Assembly: GCA_012295275.1 (NCBI GenBank)
Contig: CM022677.1
Span: forward strand, 3,782,001-3,846,000
DNA from: Chrysomallon squamiferum
Taxonomy: Eukaryota > Animalia > Mollusca
Length of the DNA: 64,000 nt
Direction: 5' to 3'
How positions within the stretch are numbered: position 1 is the first letter of the stretch; each line of letters starts with the position of its first letter. Shown here piece after piece: positions 1-39,366 of this stretch. Position numbers and translations under genes: made by a program. Below the pieces are notes generated by a model. It had not been told where the DNA came from and did not search any database. It saw only the letters and a program-made list of their open reading frames with translations.

Positions 1-200
1 TATGTTTCCAGCCTGGTATATGTTTACCTGCCTGGTATATGTTTACCTGCCTGGTATATGTTTCCAGCCTGGTATATGTTTACCTGCCAGGTATATGTTT
101 ACCTGCCTGGTATATGTTTCCAGCCTGGTATATGTTTACCTGCCTGGTATATGTTTCCAGCCTGGTATATGTTTACCTGCCTGGTAAATGCGTACCTGCC
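1..200. repeat. 18/19-bp minisatellite (CCTGGTATATGTTTCCAG / CCTGGTATATGTTTACCTG), truncated by window start
   Basis: About 10 near-perfect units of two variants; explains ORFs 2..187, 39..236 and 58..276. Confidence 0.95.
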
Positions 201-383
201 TGTGGGGATATCTCTTGTTATTTATCTAGTCTATAAGATAAATTTCCATACTGTTTATCTCATGATTTATGTCTGATAAACAATTTTGTGAAATTCAGAA
301 AGACAGATACATGATTAATGATTCATCTCATATCTGATAAACGTACAATAAACCATTCCTTATGAGGCAGATTTAGTTCAATA

Positions 384-427
<44 letters not shown>

Positions 428-620
428 AATGCAAGACTACTGGTTAGAACTGGAAAAGACAAAGCAGTGTAACTTAATAAATGAGTAAATACTGATTTTA
501 AAAAACTGCATATGAAATTACCGATAAGCATTCAGGGCTCAATAACATATATATATATAAACATATACCAGGCAGGAAACATAAAAAAATTAATAATAAT
601 AGATTTATTTTATACTCTGA

Positions 621-664
<44 letters not shown>

Positions 665-1802
665 TAACAGATGGTGTACAGTTTGTCTGTCACACAGTTT
701 ATGAAATATGCAGATCGTGGACTCTCATACTGCTTATCGCGTATCCTTCCTATACAAAAAGAAAAGCTTGTCGTCTGATCTGTTATCGCTTTACACCCAT
801 GTTTTTACACGATATCGCGCTCTGATCTGAAGGGCAGTCAGTGAGCAGTATATTTTATACAGTGGTAAGGATATGCAAGCATATATTATATTATGCTTGA
901 ATTTTTTTTATTTCCAGCAAAATGTTAATATCTTTTTTTTTTCATACTGTTTTTAAATATATATATATATATATATATTTGTTTTACATGAAGTCGTGTA
1001 TTCAAGCACGTAATATGTATATGTATATATATATATATATTAGTATCAATTTTTAAATTTATTTCTTGAAACTCAAAATATAGTAGATTTTTTCCGATTA
1101 GCAACAAGGAATCTGTAAGATGTACCTTCCCACAGGCAGGAAAACATTTATCGTTTTTTATTTTTTTATTTTATATAAACCAGTAAATGGACAGCGTTTA
1201 GAACAGGAAACATTTAAGAGAATTGCTTCCATAAAGTATTTAGACTAGTATTTCCATTCAGTGAATTACAGCTTCTCATCTGGGTTTGGCTAAATTTTAT
1301 CATTCTTGCATCAGAGTATTTTAAAATAATTTTGTCAGCAGCGAAACCTATACCAGCGGTTTATTGTCACAACCGCAATGTAAAATATCATAGACAGATA
1401 AGGCTGCTGTAATTTCAGCTAGCTATACAGGAGTCTAAATGATACGAGATATTAAAATATTAAAACAGATGTTTGGATTATTATCTTACCACCGAGTGTT
1501 TACTTTATGAGGTTAAAGTCTGAAATGAAGATGGTTAAATGTCATAACGCTTATCAGTTTTCTACTTTTCTCTGTTTGACTCGGGAAACAGTAACAAATG
1601 AAAATGGGTATAACAAGATGATGTCAAAAGATGTAAACAATCCTCAGTAATAATAATAACTGTCATCGTGATTTCTAAATTAAGCAAACCGTCTTTCATT
1701 ATCTGACTGTGTAGCCCCATTGTAGTCTGTTGGATTGACGACTTGTTTGATGTCAAGCTGATACAGGAACTTTCGTATTTAAGTATACTTCTTTTCCATA
1801 TC

Positions 1803-1847
<45 letters not shown>

Positions 1848-3281
1848 AAATTAGTCTTTCAGTGCAAACACAACAGCAAAGTTCACCTTTGACCTGAGTT
1901 TAAGCTAGTCCACACAGTATGTGGCTGTGAGGTTTTAAGTTGTCATTGGCGAATTGGGGCGATTCCTCGTACATCAGATATTATGGAAAGTCCTGCCCTG
2001 CCTGTAGTAAAGTGGTAATTAGTGTTCTGATCGTACTGGTGAGATATAGTTAAGTGCTCTTTGTTGACTGAAACAGAGTCTGTGCAGAGTAGATCCAGTT
2101 GACAGATTACCAATTAGGAGTAGACTACAGACTTACTGTACAGTCTTGAAATCGTTATTTCACATATATACCACTGCTAATTGAAAATTAAAGCAGCTTT
2201 CCATTTTTAGACTGTAGTCACAATTGATTTGTAATGCAAGAAACCGATGTCAGAAGAATAATCGCATCATTAATCTAAAATAGGCTTTAATTATATCGTA
2301 TTGAATTTCCCACAGTCATCTAATATTATCTGATTGTAACGGCTTGGTACAATTAGCAGTGTATCTTCGTTTGTGGCACTGTCGACCCTAGGTCGATTCT
2401 CCTCGGCTTATCTCTCAGTATTTTATTAGAGACCGCACTGAAAGTATTTACAAAAGGTTAATGGAAATATGTTCGAATTTGTTTGATTACTGCATGTCAA
2501 GAATATTAATGAAACCAGATACTGACATCGAACAACCGATGACATAAAATTAATCAACGTGCTTCAATGGTGTCGTTAATCAAAACAAGCGTAAACAAGC
2601 ATTTTCATTTCCGGTTACCTTTTTTTTCATTCTTTTTATTTTTTTTTTTTTTTTTTTTTTTCTTTCGTTCGAATATCAGCTACTTTTATTCTACTTTCTT
2701 TAAAAGTGCGGATTATATTGTTCACAAATAAAATATACTGCGAATAGCAAATACAATAAATTCCGAAGAATCTCGTATGTTAACTGTAAAATAGTTTTAT
2801 TTTTTTTATTAACATATTCGTTGTATTTTTTATATATATATATATATTGTAATATTTCAGAATCAAATAAATATTCAGAGAAGTCTAAAGTTACTGCGGT
2901 ATACAGAATATTAATCGAAACACAAATTCTCGAGAGATTTCGTTCAGAGAAGGTTTTCATTTAATTCTTCCTGTCTGTTTAGTTTCCGATGTGAATTAAT
3001 TTCGTTCGAAAACTAATGGTTTGATCTGAACTGAAGCACGACATTTTAATCACTTCGACGCAATTGTTGTTTTAAAAATACTGTTGAAAGATTAAACTAA
3101 TGCAATAATATATTGATTATTTGTAATGGAACTCATTTTTTATCCTGAACGTTATTTCCACCACAGTGACTGCGTTCCTCTTTTCTCAAATCGAGGATTT
3201 GCCCCTGAAATATACGGATTTGTTAAGAGATGTGAAACGTTATTTGTTACACTTCTGTTTCACAGATGTTACATAAATGTT

Positions 3282-3285
<4 letters not shown>

Positions 3286-3368
<83 letters not shown>
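3286..3368. repeat. (GA)n microsatellite
   Basis: Pure dinucleotide run. Confidence 0.95.
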
Positions 3369-3372
<4 letters not shown>

Positions 3373-3428
3373 TATGGATATGTTTGTATATGAGTGTGTA
3401 TACATTTTTTACCAATACTTTCACTCAT

Positions 3429-3471
<43 letters not shown>

Positions 3472-5255
3472 TTATTATTATTATTTATTTTGTTTTATTT
3501 TATATATATATATATTTTTTTTTTTTTCGCTTTCCTCTGGTAACTGTTTTATTATTTTATTTCTGTAAAATGAATTTTAAACAACAGCAGCAACGATATT
3601 AATAATAAAAGCATCAACAACAACAACAAAATAACCAGTTAGATAATACATATAATTTTAAAAATAATGATCTCAAGACGCCGTTTAAATGTCTATTTTT
3701 ATTCACCGATTTTCTTGTAGACACTTCAAAAATCTCTAAACGTTCGAGGCTTATGGCAAACAGCCTTTTATTACAAGCTTCATAAACACCGTGCGCATGG
3801 CAACAGATGGTTACTAGGTACGTGATTTAATATCTTACGTCAGTGAGAGTTATTACTATCATTTCGTATCGAACCGCCTCGCTAAACGGCGCACGCTGTT
3901 TCATAGTAACTGACTGTAAGGAAGAAGCGAAATAAATGTATGTTTAACGACACCGCGACGTCGTTGAAATGCTGGGACGTTCACGTCGTTAAATTAATGA
4001 CGTAGTCTCACGGATCAGTTCGTATAGAACAACGACAGGGGGAGTAACTGTGATTTTTGAATGTGTACTCTCTACAGCGTTCGGTAAAGCTTCACCAATG
4101 AGTGCAAGGCAAAGGGAAATAAATTGTTGTTTATGACGTAGTTAAAGTGGTATGCGTGCAAGTATGCACGTATGTAAAAACATATTATATGGGTGTGTCT
4201 GGGTGTCTGTTTATGTATACATACGTATGTAACAACGTGTGACTGCGTGTATATTTGTAAATTTCTATTTATTGACCCATTACCATTTAACATGACTTAT
4301 AAATATACAAAAATAAATAAAATTAAAAAAACAACACAAAAAACCCACAAAAAAACACAAAACCCCTCCAACAAACAAATAAATAAATAACGCTAAAACT
4401 CACTCACTCAGTTTGACGTTAAGAGATGTTTATTGATTCATTACCCTATACGACCAATCAATTAAAGGGCATTATTTAATTCAGTGTATAGAAATCGTTA
4501 CTACGACAACGCGCTACATAGACATTAATTAGTATAGTTTGCTTTTGTCAATAAACGATAAAGAATTTCCGCGTTGTAAGTTGATACCACAAGGTCGGCT
4601 GTAAATAATACTCAGGAAAAGAAGTGTAATAAAATGAAAAAAACAACAACAACAAAACAACAATAATAAAAATAAAATATAAAAAATAAATAAATAAAAT
4701 AATCGTCAAATAGGAAATAACAACAACAACAAAAAATCTTTATCTTGTTTTAATAGATTGAGAGAGAACAGTACAGACAGACAGATAGAGAGAGAGAGAG
4801 ATACAGACAGATACTTAATTCACAACACGTGTATTAAAGGTTATTTCAATAAACGGCAACTATTAAGTCATATTTTGAATAATCAGCTTGCATGATTCCT
4901 GCTGTGAATTTAATCCACAAAAACTCCTTTGTCATGACCACCAAGGCGATTGTTCGAATAAGACACGCCTTTCATTGAACATACTTCCTGGATGCCGTCT
5001 TTAACCCTTGGCCTGGGAGAGAAGTTAACACCACTTCGTTTCAAAGTTTGCAAATGATTCCCTTTGATCCCGGCTGTTCTTTTTATCTTTACGGCTTTCG
5101 GAATGTTTGCTATTAGTTCTAGAACACCAGTGTTTTAAAAGTTTTATTGCATGACTATTTTCATTATTAGAATTTGACACTTTTTTGTTTTAAAGTATTA
5201 TTTTCTTTGAATTTTATCTTCTAGTCGCAAACACACCCAAACACTAATGCACGTG

Positions 5256-5357
<102 letters not shown>

Positions 5358-6765
5358 CCTTTTTACATCTTTTTTGTTTGTCTATAACTAACGGCACTTA
5401 CAAAACGAACTATTTCATTTATTTAAATACAAATCTTCTGTCTGCTACAAATATATAAAATAACAAGTAAAAATCACAGGCATAAATAAAAATGAATGCA
5501 TCGAACTAAAACGATAAATAAATAAATAAATAATGAAAGTAAAATAGATATTTCTAAAGTTAAATGGGAGAAATAAAAAATGTAACAGCTGTTAATCCAG
5601 CACTGTTTCTAGGCAACGCTGGGTCGGTTGCATATCAAATTATTAATATATAGTTATGCATTGATACATAATTCGTGTCAGCTGTTTACAAGTGCATGGA
5701 ACATGCTCTACGTGTTTTATACAATAATATATTATCATCATATCCAATAACAAAGATGATGATGATGATGATGATAATGACAACAGAAATGGTTATCATA
5801 GCTGATGGTAATAGTTGTAGTAATAATAGTAGTAGTAACAAAAACGATAGTAATGATACAGTAATAACGGCAACAACAATAGCAGCAGTAGCAACAGCAG
5901 CAACAATAACAACGACAACAACAATAATAATAAAACCACGATTATTAAGGTGATAGTAACAACAATAATGGTAATAATAACAACAATAATCTTTATAAAA
6001 AATAATGTGCGTCTCTCGATATTTATCCTATATAAACTGTCGAAAAATCGTAAAATGACAATAGTTTTAGACAACGCTTATAAATTCAGCTATGCTTATA
6101 TCTCAACAATAACCCCACCCCCAACAACAACAACAAAAAAACACATTAGAAAATATATAAACGTTACAGTGTTGTCCTGTGATTACTCATACCATTCCAA
6201 AATCTCCTCGTACATAGTTAATAAAAAAATTAAAAAAAAATGTATTGTATTTTATTTTTAACGTAACGACATGCATGCATATATACGTATATGTAAATAT
6301 ATATATGCATGATGTAGAGAACATCTGTTGGTTAATGGATGCACAAAATGAATGAATGTTATATAACATCTCCAGACATTTTGATCGTATCAGTTGTCGA
6401 ATGTCTGTCACACATATTTTATACTAAACACGTGAAACCTGCTGATACCGGCGATTAGATAGCAAGAGATTTTGTTTTTATCCACCATCCCATATACCGG
6501 AAAATATATTTGATAAACCTGCTGTGTGACAGCTGCTAGAAGGAGAAAAAGCCAAATGCATTGTACAGAATAATTAAAAATAATTATACCTACATATCGC
6601 GACCAAGGAAAAGTCTGTATAGATATTAATTATATAATTATCAGTTTCTTTATTGACCAAAATTCCTCCTATTAATCTGAGATTACTTTTTTTTCTTTTA
6701 AGAATGACTTTTCTAAAGTTTGTGAGAACCAAAATGAAGATTACTTCTTTGGTATATTTTACAAA

Positions 6766-6882
<117 letters not shown>

Positions 6883-7477
6883 AGTGTGTTTCTCAGTAAA
6901 ATATCTGTCTTATTAAAATAAAGAGATTACGGCTTGATTTATTGATTAATCAGCCTAAGTGTTGAGTACCAATCCGTCTTTTATCTACCTTAGCTTCGTG
7001 CTGACGTTTGAAAAAGGTAAACAATACAGATACGATAGCATTTGAGATACGTCAACGTTTTTCAGTCCACGCCCCAAACTAAATACTAAACTAATCACCG
7101 GTGACATAATGGTTTTGCCAACGACTTCACAAGGGACCAACTGATTGTGGGTTCACTTCCTGGTACAAGTTTTAGAGCTCTTTCAGGGTATATCAGATTG
7201 CTATATCCTATCTATATCTCCAACTAATCAGCTAATAAATTAACTCAGTACATCCAGCTTTGGTTGTGCAGTTGCTAATCCAGCTTTCCAGTGGCTTTAG
7301 CCCCTGAATGACTGACTACGTCTATATTATCTACACTTTCTGTAATTAAAGTATGTCTTTGATTATACGAACAAATGGTCGAAATATATTCTGCGTGCTT
7401 CCATGTTATGTTTAGATTTTTGTCGTCCACACTTGATTAATAACGAAGTTTAATTAAAAAAAACACAAAAAAACAGG

Positions 7478-7530
7478 ACGCCGCCACTTTTCGGTAGTCG
7501 TAATGTCAGCATTTAAGATGGCGGCGTTCA
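7478..7530. promoter_or_regulatory. Possible promoter-proximal YY1-type motif in a small CpG-containing patch
   Basis: AAGATGGCGGCG at 7515-7526 matches the YY1 consensus; an ETS-like CACTTCCTG lies near 7154. No transcript evidence. Confidence 0.25.
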
Positions 7531-7595
7531 CGTTCATAGTAACAGTAAAATTTGATAATCATACTTTGATGTGAGGATAGCTGATCGATAAGATT

Positions 7596-7651
<56 letters not shown>

Positions 7652-7847
7652 CCTTCTAATAAGCAACCTAAACTTCTGCACAAAGTAGATGTGTATTTGA
7701 ACCTTTATCTCAAAAACTGATTATGTAATTGCTGATTATTTATTTATATATATATATATATAGAATAAAATAAATCTTTGATAACACATGATCTATGCCT
7801 CCATACTTCTCTTTATGTCTGTCTTTTCTCATTATCTCACATATTTT

Positions 7848-7849
<2 letters not shown>

Positions 7850-7940
<91 letters not shown>
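7850..7940. repeat. (CT)n microsatellite
   Basis: Pure dinucleotide run. Confidence 0.95.
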
Positions 7941-7944
<4 letters not shown>

Positions 7945-9086
7945 GTGTGTTTATGCTGCTTTCGGTCACTGATATACTATTTTCAGATAATTTCAAGAAT
8001 GATGGGAACAGAATGTCAGAAATCAACAAACTGTGTATTGACACTTTCAGCACATTCCTGTGTGTGGGACATAGTACAATACTGACTTTTTCTGTTGACT
8101 TTCGAGCTAAAAATAACTCGCATTAAACAGTTTTCTATTTTCATTGCTAGACATTTCGGAATTAACATTTCTTAGGTGCGTGTTTAAATGGCATCTGCAT
8201 AATCTATTGTTATTTGGACATTTATTGATATTTCCCTTTTCTATTTGAAGCCATTTCCTTTTTGAAAGTTATATCCGTCATTGGATCCATTGCTTTTTCT
8301 GTTGTGAGACTGAAAATATGTTTAACCAAAACTACCGCAGTAAATCAGTAAGTCAATTCTGGTTTTAACCGTTATCGACAATTGCAATAATAATAATAAT
8401 AATCATAACAACAACAACAACAACAACAACAACAATAATAATAATTCTTTAAGAAAAGTAAAACAGAAAAAAAAAAAAAAAGCAATAAAAAAAAGCAGTG
8501 TATCATTATAACAACCAATACTATCATGAAATCGGTTTTTAATCTCAGTAGCAACAACAACAACAATAATAATAATAGTTATAAATAATAATAACATTAC
8601 AAAGAAGAAGAAAAATAAGAAGAAGAAGAAGAAAATTACTCCTGTCACCATTAATACTATTGCAGCCACTATTACTACAGCTATAATTACTTATTCTACT
8701 GCTATTGTCACAAGTGCAGGAAGTTTTCCGAATTTTAGAGGTTGAGGAGACGGTTGGATAAAGGATCCACTGCTAGTAACATATACAACAATAAATAAAA
8801 GTCGTTACTGATACAGTATACAGAACTTGGCTTTAAATTACAAGTAAAATGAATGGATGTATAATTTAATGTAAGATAATATGTAAGTACGACGACCTGG
8901 TTTAATAAAATAAAAAATCCTTTCACAATAGAGTCCGTTGTTTAGACCAAACTAAATTCTGTCTCGGAAATAAAACAGCAGGGTCGTACATTCCTCCAGC
9001 TGAGAGCATCGCATTATAATTTATAAAATATTCATGAAAATAGCTGAACAATAAAAATTATTCATTTTAATTATTACACGGCAGAG

Positions 9087-9119
<33 letters not shown>

Positions 9120-9369
9120 AATGAAAAATTATTTAAAGAAGAAAAAAATCGCCTACTGATTATAAATAATTTACTGGTAATAAAGAACCTCCCTCCCAAA
9201 TTTGAAGTTATGATACATTAGGCGTGGCGTTGTTGCAGTGGTGATGGTAGTAAACTGATGAATTATTTGTGGGATGTCCGCAAAAAACATAAAAAAAACA
9301 GATTGATGATTAAACCACCCAAAGTTGTAAATTCAATTACTGACATGTAAACTAAACGGAAAAAGAAAA

Positions 9370-9578
<209 letters not shown>

Positions 9579-10243
9579 CTACACATATTCCTTGTAGCAA
9601 CTTTAGCGGACCCAGTCTTCTTTGTAGAAACTTTACCAAACCGTCACTGTATGTAATTATATAAATTATAAAACTATAAAGAAAATATATTTTAAAAACA
9701 GTTCTATTCGTTTTATTAAAAGAATATAACGCATTTTAATGTCGAATATAATTATATATACATATATAATAAAATAAAAAAATAAGGAAACAACAAAAGA
9801 AAGCGTGAGAGAGATTCAATTATACAGAGGCAATTTTCTTTTTCTTGTCTTTAATCCAAAGTTTATTCAAAACGTTTTACTTTCTTGCAGCGAACAAACG
9901 GTTCATAATACACAATATTCATAAATTCACAGGAAGAGTATACAATGCGCACCTGCTGAAAGAAAAAGTGGGAAAGACATTTCCAATTTTTTATTTATTT
10001 ATTTATTTATCTATTTTATATTGTATCGATGTAGGAGATCAGATAAAAAAAAAAAAAAAATTATTAAGTTATTCAGCGTATCCTTTCAGGAATTTCGGAG
10101 AGCTTCTCACTCCTTTTCAGTTTTATTTTTCATTCAATCATTACTTCAAACGTCGTCTGCAGACAGTGGAAATAATAAAAGTAACAAAAATGCTGGAGTA
10201 TGAATTGCATAGCAATGAATGAATTCATGAATAAATTCTTCTT

Positions 10244-10274
<31 letters not shown>

Positions 10275-10299
10275 TGATTATTATTATTTCGTAATTCAG

Positions 10300-34098
<23,799 letters not shown>

Positions 34099-34298
34099 NN
34101 NNNNNNNNNNNNNNNNNNNNNNNNNNNNNNNNNNNNNNNNNNNNNNNNNNNNNNNNNNNNNNNNNNNNNNNNNNNNNNNNNNNNNNNNNNNNNNNNNNNN
34201 NNNNNNNNNNNNNNNNNNNNNNNNNNNNNNNNNNNNNNNNNNNNNNNNNNNNNNNNNNNNNNNNNNNNNNNNNNNNNNNNNNNNNNNNNNNNNNNNNN
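34099..34298. other. Assembly gap (200 N)
   Basis: Run of N. Confidence 1.
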
Positions 34299-35794
34299 AA
34301 ATAATGTAATTAATTATCCAGTGTAATCTCATTAAAACAGGTAAAACAGTTAATTATACTTTTTTTTACATTGTTTTGTTATTTGTTTATAATGCACATG
34401 TAATTTGACAGTATCAGTATTATGTTTGTTATAGGCATTTTTAATTCATTAACTGTTATATTTGTTACAATTTTGCTGTTGAATTTGATTTCTTAATTCA
34501 CTGTTACTCTTTCTTGGTAAATAAAAAAGAGATATAAAATTGTTTTCAGGGTGTTTATTATTATTGATTTTGTTTTTAATTTGGGTGGGTACTTGTATTT
34601 GCTTTCTTTCATTATTTCATATGGTTTAGCAATTTAAAATTAATTTGCAGGAGTTTTTATCAAAAGAGTTATTTCCCTTACGTTATGAAACGTTATTATC
34701 CATGGTCAGTTGCTTATAATAATAATAATAATAATTAATTAAAACACTAACAAACAAATGAATAATAAAATATTATGAGACAAGTTAAATTAGTTTTTAT
34801 TTTATGTATTTATTCTTCATTAAGTGATGCTGAAGATGCATAAAACATAAGAAATATGGAAATGGAGGTCGTACCCACGACGCTCCCCGATTTTCTGGTT
34901 TCACTGTAAATCATATTTCTGACCTAGAACTAACTCGAAATAACATTTTAGAAAAGTCATGTTTAGTTATTTAGTCTCAAATTATCAGAAGCACAGTTTA
35001 AAATCAACGAAAATAACTCAATATTTGATTAATTACATTAATAACTCTTAAGACAATTTGTTAATATTAATAGGGAAACTACTCCTTATTTTTAATTATT
35101 CTTTCCGGTTCCATAAAATAGATCTACATAACTGTGAGCTATCAGAAAAGGAAAATTATTAAAGAAATCTAAACATTTATATTTTTGTGTGCACGTAATA
35201 TAATATAGCAACACTGTCATACGTTGTTTTGTTATTTTATTATGCGGGCAATATCTTAGTGGAATAAACTTAATAAAGTATACTTTTTTCTCTGTTACTA
35301 ATAAATCAAAGAAAATTACCGATATGCTGTTTCAAATTATTGACAGAAACTTTGGCGAGATCGTGATGAAGTAAGCTGATGTATCCTGAACAATTATTAT
35401 TTATTTTTTTAAAGGTCACTCCGATTAAACACTAGTGGTGTCGGTATCAGAAGCTTTTTACAGGAAAACGCGATAATTAATTACACGTTGATATCTAAAT
35501 TTAATTCTACTTGGGGATCTGTGAGTGCAACTCAAAACAATTGAAAATGTTTTGTTGCTTTTTTAAATAATTTTTTACCGAAACTGTCGCATATTATCTT
35601 ACGTGTTCTTTTCTTTCTTACTTATATCGATAGCGTCCTTTTTTTAAAATTAATAATACTTTTTTAAAATTAATAATACTGTATTTTATTTTTTTTAAAA
35701 CAACTCATACATATACATTTAAATTCAGTGAAAAGAATGCTGCGATTTACAGATGGAATTTTACTAGAGAAAACGTGAATATTGAGAAATATAG

Positions 35795-36160
35795 AGTGTA
35801 CACAAATAACGTTAGCAACAACGCCGGTAGGACTGCAACGATGGCCACATTAACAGACATTACAATAATATATTTTAATAGGTGATGCGTCCGCTCAGAA
35901 AGTACGAGGAATCATTAATAACAAGCGCTAAACATTAATGACAAGTACTCCAACAAGCTAGGAACAACGCCGTTACGACGGCAACGATGGTGATATTAAT
36001 AGAAAGAGTAATAATACATTTTAGTATAGGATTTGAACACTAAAGAAGTATGAATAATAGTTACTAAAAAGCAGAAGAATAATGGTAAGTACACCTAAAA
36101 CGTTAGGAACAACCCCTTCACGACTGCAATGACGGCAACATCAAAAAAGATAATATAATA
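35795..36160. repeat. Three degenerate tandem copies of a 145-146-bp unit
   Basis: G(T/C)TAG(C/G)AACAAC..GAC(T/G)GCAA at 35811, 35957 and 36102. Confidence 0.7.
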
Positions 36161-36458
36161 TATGCTGATGAGATAAAACAGATTAGTAAAATTTGTATTA
36201 GTGGTACGTCTGCTTACTTTATAACCTTCTCACAACATTTTCTGCCGATAATTTAACAAAGCAAAACGGTTTATCTTTCAGTTACTAGCAGCAGAGCTAC
36301 GTGTGTTTGTTTATTCTTGATAATGATGCCTAACAGCACCAGCAAACTCTATGTGGCAGTTATGTAATATTTTATTACCTTTATTACTGAATTCAGAGGT
36401 AGAGGATGGGATATTATTTTTCTTTTCGCCTCAGAAAATGTTTATAAAGGGTTGTCAT

Positions 36459-36489
<31 letters not shown>

Positions 36490-37104
36490 TGTATTTATTT
36501 ATTTATGTATTTATTTATTGAAACTACTGTCGTAATCGACACCTGTCTTCAACTCGCACCAGACCGTTTTACTCTTGAACGATGAACGATAAAAGAAAGA
36601 ATAACGTTGTACAACAATACATATTCTCTTATTAATAATATTATTATTTATCTCCAAAACAGACATCGCAGGAAGAAATCCTACTTTTAGGAACTTGGGC
36701 CATGATGTTAGATTCTAATCATGTTTAAGTAAATAATTTTCCATTTTACAAACAATGGATGTTTTCTAAACATTTCTTTCTTTTCGTTTACAGTAAAGCT
36801 GGAGAAGTAACTATAATAATCCTACATTCCAGTTTGGAAATGTGTTACGGTTTTGTTTTGTTATCTCAAAAATGGATTTAAAATCATGACGGTATATGTG
36901 TGATTGTGTGTGTGTATATGTGTGTGTTACTGTGTGCGTGTGTGTGTGTGCGTGCGTGTGAAATAAATGTTTTATTTTTTCATTTAACTGAAACAAAAGT
37001 ATTTAAATAAAATACGTATTTTGATGGATGTAAATAACTATTTTAAAAATCTTAATTAAATTAGTAAATTAATAAACTATAATTATATACTTTTAAAAAT
37101 ATCT

Positions 37105-37437
37105 CCCATGCACATGCGCAGTCTATTAAGATTTACGTCAAAGGATTTAAATTCTGGTATAAATAAAACATCCAACTGTTTTACGTCAGTTGACATGCGA
37201 ATGCCAATACTAGTAGGTCAATTCTTTTTTTTTTCTTTTTTTTTAATATTTATTTTAATTAGTAATAGCAGTTAACTGTATATATAGTTAATAAATTTAG
37301 TTATTAAAATATTATTATCATTATAAATAATTATTCTTCTATAAGAAGAGCAATTACGAAATGAATTCGAATAAAATCATATCTTAACTTTCTTATTATT
37401 TTTATTTTATATTTATTTATTTATTCATTTATTATTA

Positions 37438-37493
<56 letters not shown>

Positions 37494-37645
37494 TTAATTT
37501 CAAACAAAAATAACTGTGGGGGTTTTAATATCCGGAAGTTAAAATCTAACTAAAAAGTACGCTAATTAACGGAGACTCGCGAAATTTGCCGAGTACTGCC
37601 GGAAAATACAAACACAATTACTGGGCGAGACCATTTTGGTAAAGG
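37105..37645 (+). promoter_or_regulatory. Possible housekeeping-type promoter and first non-coding exon of the RING gene
   Basis: NRF1-like GCACATGCGCA, two TTACGTCA (CRE-like), ETS CCGGAAGT and CTCGCGA, then a TG|GTAAAG donor near 37638; TTGCAG acceptor just before the ATG at 39367. Confidence 0.3.
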
Positions 37646-37930
37646 TTTTCTTTACTGATGAAGAAGAAATCAAATAATTCTGAAGACATTATTTTAAAAC
37701 GAAATTAGGAAATTCCATCATGAAATAAATAAAATAAAAAAATGAAAAACTATCATAATAATATTATTTAAAAAATAAATATGTGATTAATTGAAACAAA
37801 ATGAACTGACAAATAAACTGACAAATAAAGTAAAGAAAAAGAGGAAAAAAGACAAATTACAAAATAAGCTGATTATTAAAATAGATTTTTGCATTTCTCT
37901 ATGAATCTGAGTGTATTACCTCTTAATCTA

Positions 37931-38029
<99 letters not shown>

Positions 38030-38527
38030 CGTGCGCGTGCTTTCAACATGACTATAACCACTGCTTATCAGATTTGTCACATCTGCCTGCCTACCTGTCT
38101 TATTATTTTTATTCTATATTTATCTACATATCCACAAATATCAATTTAATGTAAATTCTAGTAATTTATCAGCCGCCATCATACCTACCACTCTAAATAC
38201 CAACGTACCAATATTCCCTTACAAACATACATTCGGCTATGAATTAAAAAAATCTGTCTATATATCGATCTAAATAATCTCTCCCTGTCAGTCTGTCTCT
38301 CTGTAGGTATTCCAAAGTGCTCTATTTTTTGATCTGCCCAACTGTTTCAACTTATTTCTACTGATGCTCGTATCTTTATCGTTATGTTTATTTCACGAAT
38401 GTTACAAAAATAATGACAATATCAGAAGTATCTTTGATTATGTTTCTGCAAGTGTGTATCGGTTATAAATAATAATAAAATAATTCTATTTATAATAGAA
38501 TGAAGTTATGAATTTTCAAAGATACAT

Positions 38528-38561
<34 letters not shown>

Positions 38562-39366
38562 CAAATTAATGATTTTGCCAACTTTATATGTAAATAAATG
38601 TTAGCAGAGTTTGGAAGACACAGTTGAATATTATAAAACGAGCCTATAAAACGTTTTCTTCAAAATGGCAATATTAAAAAATCCAGAACTTTGGAACAAT
38701 TTGATTGACAATTTCAAAAAATTTGTTTCTGAAATCAGGAAAAAAAGTTACTCAACCTTGTATTTCTTAAACTGAAAATCACATTTCATACCTAACAACT
38801 CCTCCAACAACAAAAAGCAACAAGAACAATAATATAGATAAAGAAAAAGTAACACTGATAATAACAATACTTGAAATATAAATATAAGTTTTAAAATCTA
38901 TGACACAATAAAAAACCCAAAACTTAAAAATGTATAAATAAAATAATAAATTTCATGATATGAAATCACATCGCATATAAATCTTAAATGTGTGTGTGTG
39001 TGCGTTTGGTAATATATTATAATTTATTTTGAATGCTTTTTTAAAATCACCATCCACAAACAACTTAAACCCTGTACACACGTCATTTTAGACGCGAAAC
39101 TCACATTATGTAATAAATTCATGCAAAGTTCCAAGCTATATGTTCATTGTGTGAACATTAGCCCTGCTTGTAAAATCCTTGTGCAAAGATTAACGTTAGT
39201 AAAACAAACAGATAAAACGTACAAGTGAAAAAAAAAAATGTACTGCCATTAAAAAATAAAATAAAAATAGAAATAGTTCTAACAACAGAAATAAATTTAA
39301 TAGATATTTTTGGATTATATATAATTTTGTTTTCTCCTACAATGTTATTGCAGTTATCAATACGAA

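Noticed and set aside
2-276. Three overlapping ORFs at window start
   Set aside because: Translations of the 18/19-bp minisatellite.
1490-2180. Possible small minus-strand exons (donor-like CTTAC at about 1486 and 2132, ORF 1562..1756)
   Set aside because: No recognisable protein and no consistent phase chain.
3721-3817. AG/GT-bounded 97-nt open segment as an upstream exon of the mucin-like gene
   Set aside because: Not signal-peptide-like and no motif; cannot be supported without transcripts.
7987-8175. Candidate 5' exons of the mucin-like gene
   Set aside because: Weak donors, no convincing signal peptide, phases not clearly compatible.
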